Program-made: the position numbers and the translations under genes
Notes under the pieces: model-generated
Told to the model about the DNA's origin: nothing
Databases searched by the model: none
What the model saw: the letters and a program-made list of their open reading frames with translations, nothing else
Source: the human T2T-CHM13v2.0 reference genome, Homo sapiens
Reading direction: 5' to 3' (one strand)
DNA length: 64,000 nucleotides
Assembly (NCBI RefSeq): GCF_009914755.1
Contig: NC_060932.1
Part shown: in pieces, positions 40,327-61,500 of the stretch
Layout: the number at the start of each line of letters is the position of its first letter
Numbering within the stretch: position 1 is the first letter of the stretch

Positions 40327-43300
40327 TTAAATGCGATTATTTTTTTATTTGCCGTTGAGGTTTTTGAGATCCTTGTATATTCTGGATATTAACCACCTAT
40401 TGGATGAATAGTTTGCAAATATTTTCTTTTATTCTACAGATTGTCTCTTCATTCCATTGATTGTTTCTTTTGCTGTACATAAGTTTTTTAGTTTAATAGA
40501 GTTCCATTTGTCTATTTTTGTTTTTGTTGCCTGTGCTTTTGAAGTCTTAGCCATAAAATCTGCCTAGAACAATGTCCTGAAATATTTCTGTTTTCTTCTA
40601 GCAGTTTTACAGTTTCCGGCCTTATGTTTAAGTCCTTAATCCGTTTTGAGTTGATTTTTGTATGTGGTTAGAGATAGGGCCCTAGTTTCATTCTTCTGCA
40701 TATGGATATCCAGTTATTCCCAGCACACGTATTATGTTCTTGGTATCTATGAAGAAAATCAGTTAGCTGTAAATAGATGGGTTTATTTCTTGGCTTTCTA
40801 TTCTGTTTCATTGCTCTGTTTGTCTGTTTTTATACCAATACTGTTCTGAATTTATTCCTACAGACTTACAGTATATTTTGAAGGATCTTTTGTGGTTCCA
40901 TATTAATTTTAGGATTGTTTTTTCTACTTATGTGAAGAATATTATTGGTATTTTGTTATGGATTTTGTTGGATCTGTAGATCGCTTTGGGTGGTATGATC
41001 ATGATAACAGTATTAATTTCTCTACTCCACATGGGTGGATGTTTTTCCATATGTTTTTGTTCTCTTTAATTTTTTTATATCTCTGTTTCGTAGTTTTTGT
41101 GTAGAAGTCTTTTACCTCCTTGGTTCAGTTTATTTCTAGGTATTTTATATTTTTCATGGCTATTGTAAATGAGATTGCTTTCTTGATTTATTATTCAGCT
41201 AGTTTGTTTCTGGAGAATAGAGAGGCTACTAATTTTTGTATGCTGATTTTGAATCCTGCAATTTTACTGAATTTGTTGATCAGTTTTTAGAGTTTTTTGG
41301 TGGAATCTTTGATTTTTCTATATATAAGAGCATGTCACCTACAAGGAGGGAAAATTTGACTTCTACATTTCCAGTTTGGATGCCTTTTATTTCTCTTCTC
41401 TAATTCCTCTGGCTAGGATTTTCAGTACTATGTTGGTTAAAAGTGGTGAAAGTGGTATTCTTGTCTTGTGCCAGTTATTGGGAGAAAGGCTTTAAGCTTT
41501 TTCCTGTCCAGTAGGGTGTTAGCTGTGGGTTTGTTATATATGGCCCTATTATGCTGAGGTACATTTTTTCTATATCTAACTTATTGATAGTATTTATCAT
41601 GAAGCCATGTTGAAATTTGTCAAATGCATTTTCTGTGGCTATTGAAATGATTTTGCGGTTTTTGTCCTTCATTCTGTTGATGTGATGTATCATATTTACT
41701 AATTCATATATGTTAAACCATCCTTGCAATCTTGGTATAAATCATACTTGATCATTATATAATATATCTCCTTGATGTGTTGTTGGATTAGGTTTACTAA
41801 TACGTTGTTGAGAATTTTTGTGTCTATGTTCATTGGGGATATTGGCCTGTAGTTTTCTTTTTTTTTGTTGTGTCCTTGTCTGATTTTCCTATCAGGATAA
41901 TGCTGGCCTCCCTCAAGACTGAGTTAGTGAGAATTTCCTTTTCTTTGATGTTTTGGAATAGTTTGAGAAAAACTGGTGTTAGTTCTTCCTTATATGTTTG
42001 ATAGAATTTAGCAGTAAAGTCATGTGGTTATGGGCTTTCTTTGTTGGGAGACTTTTGATTATTGATTCAGTCTCATTACTTGTTATTAGATTGTTCAGGT
42101 TTTCTATTTCTTCCTTGTTCAATCTTGGCAGGTTGTATGTGTCCAGGAATTTATCTGTCTCCTCTAGGTTTTCCGATTTGTCAGCATAGAGTTGTTCACG
42201 ATAGATTCTAATGATTTTTTGTATTTTTGTGGTATCTGTTGTAATGTCTCGTTATCATTATTTAATTTATTGGGTCTTTACTCATTTTTTCTTGTTTAGT
42301 CTAGATATCTGTGTATCAATTTTGTTTACGTTTTCCAAAAATTAATTTTTGCTTCTTTAGTTCTTTTTATTTTTTAGGTTCTATTTCATTTATTTCTGCT
42401 CTGGTCTTTATTTTTTTCTACTAATTTTGGGTTTGGTTTTTTCTTGCTTTTCTAGTTCCTGAAGTACATCATTAGGTTATTTGAAATATTTCTACTTTTT
42501 TGATGACATTTATTGTTATAAAATTCTGTCTTAGTACTTCTTTTGTGTATGTCACTAGTTTTGATATTATTTTGTTTTCATTTTCATTTGTTTCAAGAAA
42601 TTTGTTGTTTCCTTCTTAATTTATTCATTGACCCAATGGTTATTCAGGAGCATTCGTTTACCTTTCATGTATTTGTACAGTTTTCAAAATTCCTATTATT
42701 ATTGATTTTTACTTTTATTTCATATGGTCTAAGAAGGTACTTAATATGTATTCAGTGTTTTAAAATTAATTGAGACTTCTTTTGTGGCCTAACATGTGGA
42801 CTATGCTGGAGAATGTTCCATGTACTAATGAAAAGAATGTTTAGACTGCAGCTATTAGATGAAATCTTCCATATATATCTGTTAGGTTTATTTGCTTGAT
42901 AGTGCTGCAGATTAAATCTGATGTTTCTTTGTTGATGTTCTGCCTAGATGATCTGTCCAATGCTTCAAGAGGGGTGTTGGAGTCAACAACTATTATTGTA
43001 TTGGGGTCTATTTCTCTGTTTACTTCTAATAATATTTGTTTTATATATCTGGGTGCTCCATTGTTTGGTGCATATATATTTATAATTTTTATGTACTCTT
43101 GCTGAATTGTTCTCTTTATCATTATATAATGACTTGGTTTTTTTTATGTGTTTTATCCTATAATCTATTTTTTTTCTGACATAAGTATAGCTACTCTTTC
43201 ATGCTTTTGGTTTCTGTTTGTGCAGAATTTTTTTTTCCTATTCCTTCACTTTTGGTCTACATGTCTTTACAATGTGAGTTTTTATAGGCAGCATATATAT

Positions 43301-43445
43301 TTTTAAATCCTTTCAGCCAGTCTATATTTTTTAATTTAGAAATTTAAGCCATTTACATTTGATATTGTTATTAATAAATTAGGACTTACTCCTGTCATTT
43401 GTCAATTGTTTTCTGATTGATATATTCTTTCTTTCATTCTTCCTC

Positions 43446-43769
<324 letters not shown>

Positions 43770-44677
43770 TAGATAATTTGGGTTGTGATAGCGTTTAACA
43801 TTTTTTTTTCTCTTCTCCTTTTCTTTTCTCTTCTCCTTTTCTTTTCTCATCTATTCCACCAGTGAGTTGTACACTTGTATGTGTTTTCAGGATGGTAGCT
43901 ATTCTCCTTTTACTTCCTGGTTTAGGATTCTCTTAAGCATTTCTTATAGGACTAGTCTAGTGGTGACAAATTCTTTGTTTTTTTCTTGTCTGAAAAAGAC
44001 ATTCTATTTCTCTTTCATTTTTGAAGGATAGCTTTGCTGTGTATAATATTCTTGGCTGATAGTTGTTTTCTTGCAGTACTTTGAATATATACTTTCATTC
44101 TCTCCTGGCCTATAAGGTTTCTGCTGAGAAATCTACATTTATTCTCATGGGTAGTCCTTTATACATGACTTGACATTTTTCTCTTTCTGCTTTTAGAATT
44201 CTCTCTTTGTTTTTGAATTTTGGTAGTTTGACTATACGTGCCTTGAACAAGACCTTTTTGGGTTGAACATATTTCAAGATCTTTAGTTACCTGTATCTTG
44301 ATGTCTATATCTCTTGCAAAACTTTGGAGAGTTTCAGCTATTATTCCTTACATAAGTCATCTATGCCTTTACGTCTCTTCTCCTTCTAGTCCCAAAATGT
44401 GAATATTTTGTTCCTGTATGCTGTTTCATGTGTCATGTAGGCTTTCTGTCATATATGTATATAATTTGTCTGATCAGGTCATTTAAAAAGCTCTGTCTTC
44501 AAGTTCAGAAATTCTTTCTTCTGATTAATCTGGTCTACTATGGAAACTCTCATTTGTATTTTTAATTTTATTTATTGAAATAATCACTTTCAAGGTTTCT
44601 GTTTGATTCTTTTTTATGATATCTATCTCTTTGTTAAATTTCTCATTGAAATTATGAATTGTTTTCCTGATTTCTTT

Positions 44678-50828
<6,151 letters not shown>

Positions 50829-52469
50829 TAAAATTATATTTCCTGATTTCTTTGTATTATTTATCTGTGCTCTGTTTTGTCTCACTAAGTTTCTTTACTA
50901 TCATTATTTTGAATTCTTTTTCAGACGTTTCATAGATTTCTTTTTGTTTTGGCTCTGTTACTGCATAATTTTTGTATTCCTTTAGAGGAATATTTTTTCT
51001 TTCTTGTTTCATTCATATTTTTGTGTCTTTACATTAATATTGGCACATCTGGTGTATCAGTTGCTTCTTACAATTTAATGAGTTGACTTTCATGGGGAAA
51101 TACTTTTCCCTGTAGATGTATTTATAGTATTAGTTGGATAGGATATTTTGGCCTTATTTATTGGTGAGCACAGAATTGTAGTCTCCATAGGATTTCTTTG
51201 TCTGTTAGCAGCATCAGTGGTGTTTATGAGTTCCCCAGTAGCTTGGTCTGTGTTTGTTAGTGGAGGCTGTGGTGAGGTTCTGCTAAGGACAAGGATGCCA
51301 GGTTTATTGGTCCTTCAGCACCCGTGGTGGTGGTAGTAGGCAGGGCTTGCTGGAGCCTTCAGGTGGCATAGAAAGGCACCAGTGATGGTGGTTTTGAGTG
51401 GATTGTTCTTCTGGCATCCAAGTGACATGCTCAGGTGCCAGCAGTGGTGGCAGTTGGTAGACTGGGCCTGTTCTCAGGTTTCCAGATGGTCTGCATGGGC
51501 ACTGAAGTCAGCAGGTGGGGCAAGCTTGTCCTCAGGCCCCAGGACAGCATGTTATCAGGCCAGTCCTAAGTCCCTCTGAAGGTAGATGCAGGTACACAGT
51601 GACCTTGACATTGGAGGGTTCTGGGTTGCTGTCAGTTGCAGCAGACCTGGGTAGGAAGCTTTCAAGCTCTGGGGAGCATTTGTTTGGTTCCCTTCATCCT
51701 TGAGGTCACCTTCTTGGTGCACTGCACCACTCATTTCCTGGGCTATAGACACTGAATCAGCTAGAGTGCTGGAGACACAACTACATTCCTGGGTCAATCC
51801 TGTTTTGTGACACTGCAGCCCTCTGGGTGGATGTGGGGGTATGTCAATGGGATGATAGGGATGTGGAGATGCTGGAACTGTTGGGATTCAGTTCAGGATC
51901 TGAACCTGAATCTGGTGGTTTGGTGGGGCTGGGCTCTCAAAATAGTATAGTGCTGTGTCAGCTTGGGTCTTGGTGGGTGGGGGATGGGGGTGTTTGGGAT
52001 CCAGCACAAACACCGTCTGTGGAACAATACCAACTTGTGGACTCGAAGCACCTGCCTATACTAATCTCAGAGCCTGTGTGGACTGAGGCACTGTCCCACC
52101 GCTAGGACTGTAGCTGTCCACAATAGGAATGTGGATGGCTGGGGATCTTGTTTACCTTTTCTTGCAGTGAGGATTTGCTTCTGGATTTGAGCTTATTATG
52201 GCCAGGCTGGCTTCTCTGCTCCTCTGTCTTTCTACATCTCAGAAGTTTTTTTTGTCACTTCTCCAATGAATTCCAGTGCTTGCTCTTAGAACCTCTATTT
52301 AATGCCTGGTTATTTACTTGCTCTTTTGGTCTTTTTTGTGCATGAGAAAAGTGCCAGGCTCCCCTACTCAGCCATTTTGAAGCCCCCTCCTATTCCTGAT
52401 ATATCATTTTGATAATTTGATTTATATATACTTTTTAAAAGTGACAACTCATGTCTTTTTTTATTCATA

Positions 52470-55400
52470 CATTTTAAAAATTTATAATGGACCAAAATTT
52501 TTACGTGTATATGGGGGTACAGTGTAATGTTTCAACATATGCATATATTGTATAATGATGAAATTAGGGTAATTCCCATATCCATCACTATAAACATTTA
52601 TCATTTCAGCATGACAATAACATTCAAAATCTGCTCTTCTAGCTATCTTGGAATATGCACTACATTGTCATTTGGTATAGTCACCCTACTGTGTAATAAA
52701 ATACCAGAACTTATTCTTCCTGTTTAACTAACTTTTACACATTAACCAACCTCTCCCAGTCTTCCTCTCTCTCTTTCCCTCACCAGCCTCTGGTAACCAC
52801 TATTCTACTCTCTATTTTTATGAAATCAACTTTTTTTATGAAATCAACTTTTTAAAAATTTCACACGTGAGTGTGATCATGAGGTGTTTGTCTCTGTGTC
52901 TGGCTTATTTCACTTAACATAATGTCCTCCTGCTCCATTTATATTGTCAGAAATGATAAGATTCCATTCCTTTTTATGGTGGAATAATATTCCATTTATA
53001 TATATACCACATTTTAAAAATCAGTTTATCTGTAGATGGGCATTTAGATTAATTTCATGTCTTGGCTATTGTGAATAGTGCTGCAGTAAACATGGGAGTG
53101 CAAATATCTCTGTGACATTCTGATTTTTTTTTACAGATATATACCCAGTTGTGGATTGCTAGATCATATAGTAGTCCTATTTTTAGTTTTTTGAGGAAGA
53201 TTCATATTGTTTTTCATAATGGTTGTGTAATTTACATTTTCACTAAGAATGTTCAAGATATTGCCTTTATCCTCATCTTTTATAGTGTGTAATTTTTTGT
53301 CTTTTTGATAATACCCACTTTTTGATCACAAAGAATGAAACAAACACAACCTGAAAAACTCTACACTTTAACTCCCTTCTCCCCAATTTTGACTTTTTGA
53401 TCTCTAAATTCACATATTTTTATATTACCTATCTCTTAAAAATTGTTGTAGTTATTGTTTTCAATATCTTTGGCTTTTAATCTTTATACCAAAGATATGA
53501 ATGGTTTACACACCATAGTTACAGTGTTAGAGTGTTCTAAATTTGTTTGTTTACTTTTATACCTTCACATGTGTTCTTGTTGCACATTAGCATTCTTTTC
53601 TGTCAGACTGAAAAACTTCTTTTAGCATTTCTTATGGTTTGGTGGTGATGAATTCCCTCCACTTTCATTGGTCTAAGACTTTTGAATCACTTCTTCATTT
53701 TTAAGGATAGTTTTCCTGGGTACAATATTCTTGGTTGAAAGTTTTTTCCTTCAGGACTTGGAATATGTCATTCCAGTCCTTCCTGGTCTTTAAGGTTTCC
53801 ATAGAGAATTCTGCTGCCAGATGTACTGGCACTCCTTCATATGTTATTTGCTTCTTTTCTCTTACTGCTTTTAGGAGTCTCTATTGTCTTTGACCTATGA
53901 GAGTTTGATTATTATATGCGTTGAGGTAGTTTTATTTCGGTTGACTCTTCTTGGTGATCTTTGACCTTCTTGTAACTGGATATTTATATTGAGGTTTGGA
54001 CAATTTTCCATTATTATTTATTTGAATAACCTTTCTACCCCCTTTCTCTTCCTCTACTCCCTTTGAAGGTCAATGACTCTTACATTTGCTATCTCACTGA
54101 TCCAATAACTGTTCTTTGTTCTTTTAAATAACTTTTCTACCCCCTTTCTCTTCCTCTACTCCCTTTGAAGGTCAATGACTTGTACATTTGGTATCTCACT
54201 GATCCAATAAGTGTTATTTGTTCTTTTAAATTCACTTTTTCTTTTTTCTTCTTGACATATTTTCAAATAGCCTGTGTTTGTGCTCGTGAATTCTTCCTTT
54301 TGTTTGATCACTTCTGCTTTCGAGACCCTCTAATACATTTTTCAGTTTATCTATTATTGCTCCAGGAATTCTGCTTGATTTTTAAACTTATTTCAATCTC
54401 TTTGTTAAGTATCTCTGATAATTAATTTTCTGAATTGTTTCTCTGTGTTTTCTTGATGTTATTTGAGCTTCCTCAAAACATCTATTTTGCATTCTCTGTG
54501 TAAGAGTTTACACATATTTCTCCAGGTTTGGTTACTGGTGCCCTATTTATTATACTTGATGGGATCATATTTTCCTGAATGTTATTAATGCTTGTGGCTG
54601 TATCTGGGCATTAAATAATTAAGTATTTCTTCTCATCTTTACAGTCTGGCCTTGTTTGTATTGGTCCTTCTTCAGAGGACCTTACAGAAATTCCAAGAGT
54701 ACTGACTGATGAGTTAAGACCATGGTCACTGCTGCCATTTCAGCACTAGATAGCACCTTAAGCTCAATTACGCTGTGGCTCTCTTGAAGATTCCTATGCA
54801 TCCAACCCTGATGGACTTGGGGAATATCAGAGACAGTTCTGTGGGTTTCCAAGCCCAAAGTCTCTTGCTCACTTCCTTTTTCTTCCCCTAGCAGAAGGAG
54901 TTGCTCTCTATACTGCACTGTCTGGAGTTGCTGGAGAGGTGATACATGCACTTTCATGGCCACTGCAACTGGCAGCATACTGGCTTACACCTGAAGCTCA
55001 TGGCCTCATAGACCAGCACAGTAATGGTTAGGGTTTGCTCACCTAACACCCACAGTCACTATTACCTGACTGCTGCTGATATTTATTCATGGCCTAAAGC
55101 TTCTTTCATCAGCCAGTGGTGAAGCTGGCCAAGGCTTGGCTCTATCCTGCTGGGGTGATGAATTTTCTTCTTAGCTGGGGCAGGTCTAGAAATCTGTGGG
55201 CACCAGCCTGGAATCAGGGACCATGGGGTTCAGCCTGGTGCTGTGTTTTACGGTAGTGGGGCTGGTACAGGCTTTTCAGGCAAAGTCCCATGCACACTTC
55301 CTTCTCCCTCTCCTAAAAAGACAAATTCACTCTCTATGTGCATTGCTTCAGATTGGGGACGGGATGGTGTAGGCAACGCAAAACTGTCATTCCTATGCTC

Positions 55401-55580
55401 TTCAATGTGTCTTTTCTTGTTGTTATGCCAAAACCAGTTACTGTGATCTTTTACCTCATTCTTTTAGCTCTTGTGAAGGTGTTTTCTTGCATGGATAATT
55501 GTTCACTTCAGTGTCCCTACAGAGGGATGATCACTGGAGGGTTCTATCCCGTGCTCTTACTCTGCCTCCTCTTCCACATC
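52470..55580 (-). mobile_element. L1MA-class element lacking nearly all of ORF2 (3' end joined near 53260 to inter-ORF/ORF1/5'UTR)
   Basis: 3' end 52490-53255, ORF1-like ttaaggtttccatagagaattctgctgccaga near 53800 and 5' region to about 55580. Could be two elements. Confidence 0.65.
54025..54230. repeat. ~102-bp direct tandem duplication (2 diverged copies) inside L1 ORF1
   Basis: aataac...ctcttcctctactccctttgaaggtcaatgact...tctcactgatccaataa...ttgttcttttaaa starts at 54025 and 54127. Confidence 0.9.
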
Positions 55581-55970
55581 TGATATCTTAAATCGTCACT
55601 TTCAAGACAATGTGCACAGCCAAATCAGTAATGAAATCTGGCACATAATAGGTACTCAATAAATCTCAGTTTCTTCCTTGCCTTACAGATGTTTACTACA
55701 TACAAATATAGTAAAAATGGATTTCCTATGGAACTAGTCAATGAATTCTCTTTATTATTGGTATATGGACATAATAATATATAATTTTGATAAATATACA
55801 CTGTTTTTCTGAGATCTTCAGGACTAAGCACATTATCATTTGTTTAATAAAATTTTGTGGTTAATTGGGTGCTAATTTTTATTTGAAGTGATGTCTGTCC
55901 AAATCTGGGTGCTGATTTTTATTTGGAATAATATCTGCTCAAATCCTTTGCCTATTTTAAAATTGGATTA

Positions 55971-55988
55971 CTGTGTGTGTGTGTGTGT
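55971..55988. repeat. Short (TG)n microsatellite
   Basis: ctgtgtgtgtgtgtgtgt. Confidence 0.85.
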
Positions 55989-56203
55989 TGCTATTGAATT
56001 GTACTTAATTTTGTTTTATTAAGAACATGTATTCCAGTGAATAAAATCACATGACATCCTCAAGTATGATTTTGGCCTCTAAGCACTTATTATAAACATT
56101 TGTAACAGCCAATTGAATTTAACATTTTGAAATTAATTTATATCATATAGAAATGTGTTTCCAGAAGTATACTGCCAATGACATTATATGGATTCATCTT
56201 TAG

Positions 56204-56384
56204 GCAATCCAATGGTGTGAAGACTTTTAGCAGTTGCAGTTTGAGGAGCTTTCAAAATTTCATTTCAAATGTGGGTGTCAAATGTCTTCAGAATAAGCCA
56301 CAAATGCAAAAAAAATCTCCGAAACCAGTCTGTGGCAATGGCAGATTGGAGGGAAATGAAATCTGTGATTGTGGTACTGAGGCT
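56204..56384 (+). CDS. ADAM32: ADAM32 coding exon, 181 nt, phase 2-0: (V)QSNGVKTFSSCSLRSFQNFISNVGVKCLQNKPQMQKKSPKPVCGNGRLEGNEICDCGTEA, end of metalloprotease and start of disintegrin domain
   Basis: Acceptor catctttag| and donor |gtaagt. Contains FSSCS, CLxNKP and CGNGxLExxExCDCG motifs. Overlaps ORF 56178..56414. Confidence 0.97.
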
Positions 56385-57053
56385 GTAAGTATGATAACTA
56401 GGAAAATTGATTAATAAATTTATTGTTTTAGTTTATCTTTTTCATAAATGTCATATATCTCAAATGTGAATGAGTACCATGCAGAATGTTGACAGTAAGT
56501 GAAGTTGGGTCGAAATACATACAAGAAAATACTGTTTAGATTTTGTAGGTTGAAGAATTTTGAACAAGTTTATAATGTACTGCAAAAAATTATTGGTAAT
56601 GGGAAACAGGAGAGTCTAGAATAAGCTTTTGAGTTTCAGACTAAATATATAGGGTTCTTTACAAATCTCTGCTTAATCTTTGGACATTTTACAGATGTCT
56701 TAATGAAGATTGATTAAGCAGCCCAATGTGTCCTTTAGGTTATTACTTCACAATGGAATCAGTAGTACAGGAATCTGTATCAATATCAATATGAACACTA
56801 GATATTTTGATTATTCACTTGATAGGGAAACCCTGAAAATATAATGAATTCAAAAGGCCTAGGGTTTAATGCTTTTATATAATTCAGTATTTGTAGCAGT
56901 ACTGCAAATGTTATAAATTTCCTTGGTTACAAGGTAGACAGAAATTTTTTAGGGTCTGTTACATCCATAGGTCTGAATTACTTGAACCATATCACATTAT
57001 TTTAATTACTGTGTTTTTGTATTATGTTTAACTATTTGGTAGAACAAGTCATC

Positions 57054-58540
<1,487 letters not shown>

Positions 58541-58554
58541 ATATCTTTTTAAAA

Positions 58555-61500
58555 AATTTCTAATTTTTGTGGGTAGTAGATGTGTATATTTATACATACA
58601 TCTATTGCACATACATCTACCATATATTTATGGGTTACATGAGATATTTTGATACAGGCATGCTATGCATAATAATCACATGAAGGTAAATGAGGTATTC
58701 ATTCCCTCAAACTTTATTTTTTTGTGTTACAAACAATCCAATTATACTCTTTTACTCATTTAAAAATGTACAACTAGATTATTTTTGACTGCAGACACTT
58801 TGTTGTGCTATGAAATGCTAGCTCTTATTCATTCTTTCAAACTAATTTTTCATACCCATTAACCATCCTTACTCCCTTGTCCCCTCCCCACCTGCCCAAC
58901 TACCCTTCCCAGCCTCTGGTAACCATCCTTTTACTGTCTATCTCCATGAGTTCAATTGTTTTAATTTTTAGCTCCCACAAATAAGTGGGAACATGCAGTG
59001 TTTGTCTTTCTCTGCCTGGCTTATTTCACTTAATATAATGACCTCTAGTTCCATCCATGTTGCAAATGACTGAATCTCATTCTTTTTTATGGGTGAATAG
59101 TACTCCATTGTGTATATGTACCACATTTCCTTTATCCATTCATCTGTAGATGGACAGTTAGACTGCTTCCAAATCCTGGCTATTGAGAATAGTGCTGCAG
59201 TAAACATGGGCATGCAGATATCTCTTCGACGTAATGATTTCCATTCTTTTGGGTACATACCTAGGAGTGGGATTGCTAGATCATATGGTAGCTCTATTTT
59301 TAGTTTTCTGAGGAACCTCCAAACTGTTATACATAGTGATTGTACTAATTTATACTCCCACCAACAGTGTACAAGTATTCCCTTTTCTCCATATCTTCAC
59401 TAGCATTTGTTATTGCCTGCCTTTTGAATAAAAGCCAATTTAAATGAGATGAGATGATATCTCATTGTAGTTTTGATTTGCAATTCTCTGTTACTCATTG
59501 ATGTTGAACCCCTTTTCATATACCTGTTTGCCATTTGTATGTCTTCTTTTGAGAAATGTCTATTCAGACATTTTGCCCACCTTTAAATCAGATTATTAGA
59601 TTTTTTCCTATAGAGTTGTTTGAGCTCCTTTTATGTTCTGGATATTAATCCCTTGTTGGATGGGTAGTTTGCAGATATTTCCTCCCATTCTGTGGGTTGT
59701 GTCTTCACTTTGTTGATTGCTTTCTTTGCTATGCAGAAGGCTTTTAACTTGATGTGATCCCATTTATTCATGTTTCGTTTGGTTTTGTGTGCTTGTGGTG
59801 TATTACTCAAGAAATCTTTGTCCAGTCCAATGTCCTGGAGACTTTCTCTAATGTTTTCTTGTAGTAGTTTCATAGTTTGAGGTGTTAGATTTAAGTCTTT
59901 ACTACATTTTCATTTGATTTTTGTATATGGTGAGAGGGAGGGGTCTAGTTTCATTGTCATGCATGTGGATATCCAGTTTTCTCAGCATCATTTATTGAAG
60001 AGACTGTTCTTTCCCAAGTGTATGTTCTGGGCACCTTTGTCAAAAATGAGTTCACTGTAGATTAATGGGTTTGTTTCTGGGTTCTCTATTCTGTTCCACT
60101 GGTCTATATTTCTGTACCATATCATTTTGATTAGTATACCTCTGTAGTATAATTTGATATCAGGTAATGTGATTCCTCCAGTTTTGTTCTTTTTGCTCAG
60201 GATAGCTTTAGCTATTCTGGGTCTTTTGTGATTCCATATAAATTTTAGGATTTTTTTTTCTATTTCTGTGAGGAATGTCACTGGTATTTTGATAGAGATT
60301 GCATTGAATTTGTAGATTTCTTTGGGTAGTGTGGCTATTTCAACAATATTGGTTCTTCTAATCCATGAACATGGAATATTTTTTCATTTTTGGTGTTCTC
60401 AATTTCTTGCATCAATGTTTTATAGTTTTCATTGTAGAGATCTTTCACTTATTTGATTAAACTAATTCCTAGACATTTTATTTCATTTATAGTTATTGTA
60501 AATGGGATTACTTTCTTGATTTTCAGATTGTTCACTGTTACCATATAGAAATGTTTTTCTTCTTTTTTGATATAAGTGCGTAGAGCTATAAACATACCTT
60601 TTAGTACTGTTTTGCTCTATCCCATAGGTTTTGGTATGTTGTATTTCCATTATCATTTGTTTCAAGAAATTTTTAAATTTCCTTGTTAATCTCCTCATTG
60701 ACCCACTGTGAATTCAGGAGCATATTGTTTAATTTCCATGTATTTGTAATAGTTTTCAAAATTCCTCTTGTTATTCGTTTCTTGTTTTATTGCATTGTGG
60801 TCAGAGAAGATGCTTGATATTATTTAATTTTTTTGAATGCTTGAAGATTTCTTTTGTGACCTAACATATGGTCTGTCTATACTTGAGAATGATTCATGTT
60901 CTGAAGAAAAAAATGTGTGTTTTTCAGCTGTTGGATGAAATGTTCTGTAAATATCTATTAGATTCATTTTATCTATAGTGCAGATTAAGTTTGATGTTTC
61001 TTTATTGATTTTATTGATTTTCTGTCTGGAAGGTCTGCTGAGTGCTAAAAGTGGGATGTCAAAGTCTCCAGCTGTTATTGTATTGGGGTCTAGCTCTCTC
61101 TTTAGCTCTAATAATATTTGCTTTATATATCTGGGTGCTCCAGTGTTGGGTGCATATGTATTTACAATTGTTATATACTCTTGCTGAAATGACCCCTTTG
61201 TCATTATATAATGACCTTCTTTGTCTCTTATAGTTTTTGTCTTGAAATGTGTTTTGTCGGATATGAGTCTAGCTACTCCTGCTCTTTGTTTAGTTTCCAT
61301 TGGCAAAGGATCCCTTTCCATCCATTTATTTTCAGTCTGTGTATGCCTTTATAGGTGAAGTGTATTTATTGTAAGCAACAGATCATTAATTTCTTTTGTT
61401 TTTAAAATTCGTTCAGCCACTCTTTGATTTTTGATTGGAGCATTTAGTTGATTTACATTCCATGTTATTATTGATAAATAAGAACTTCCTCCTGCCCTTT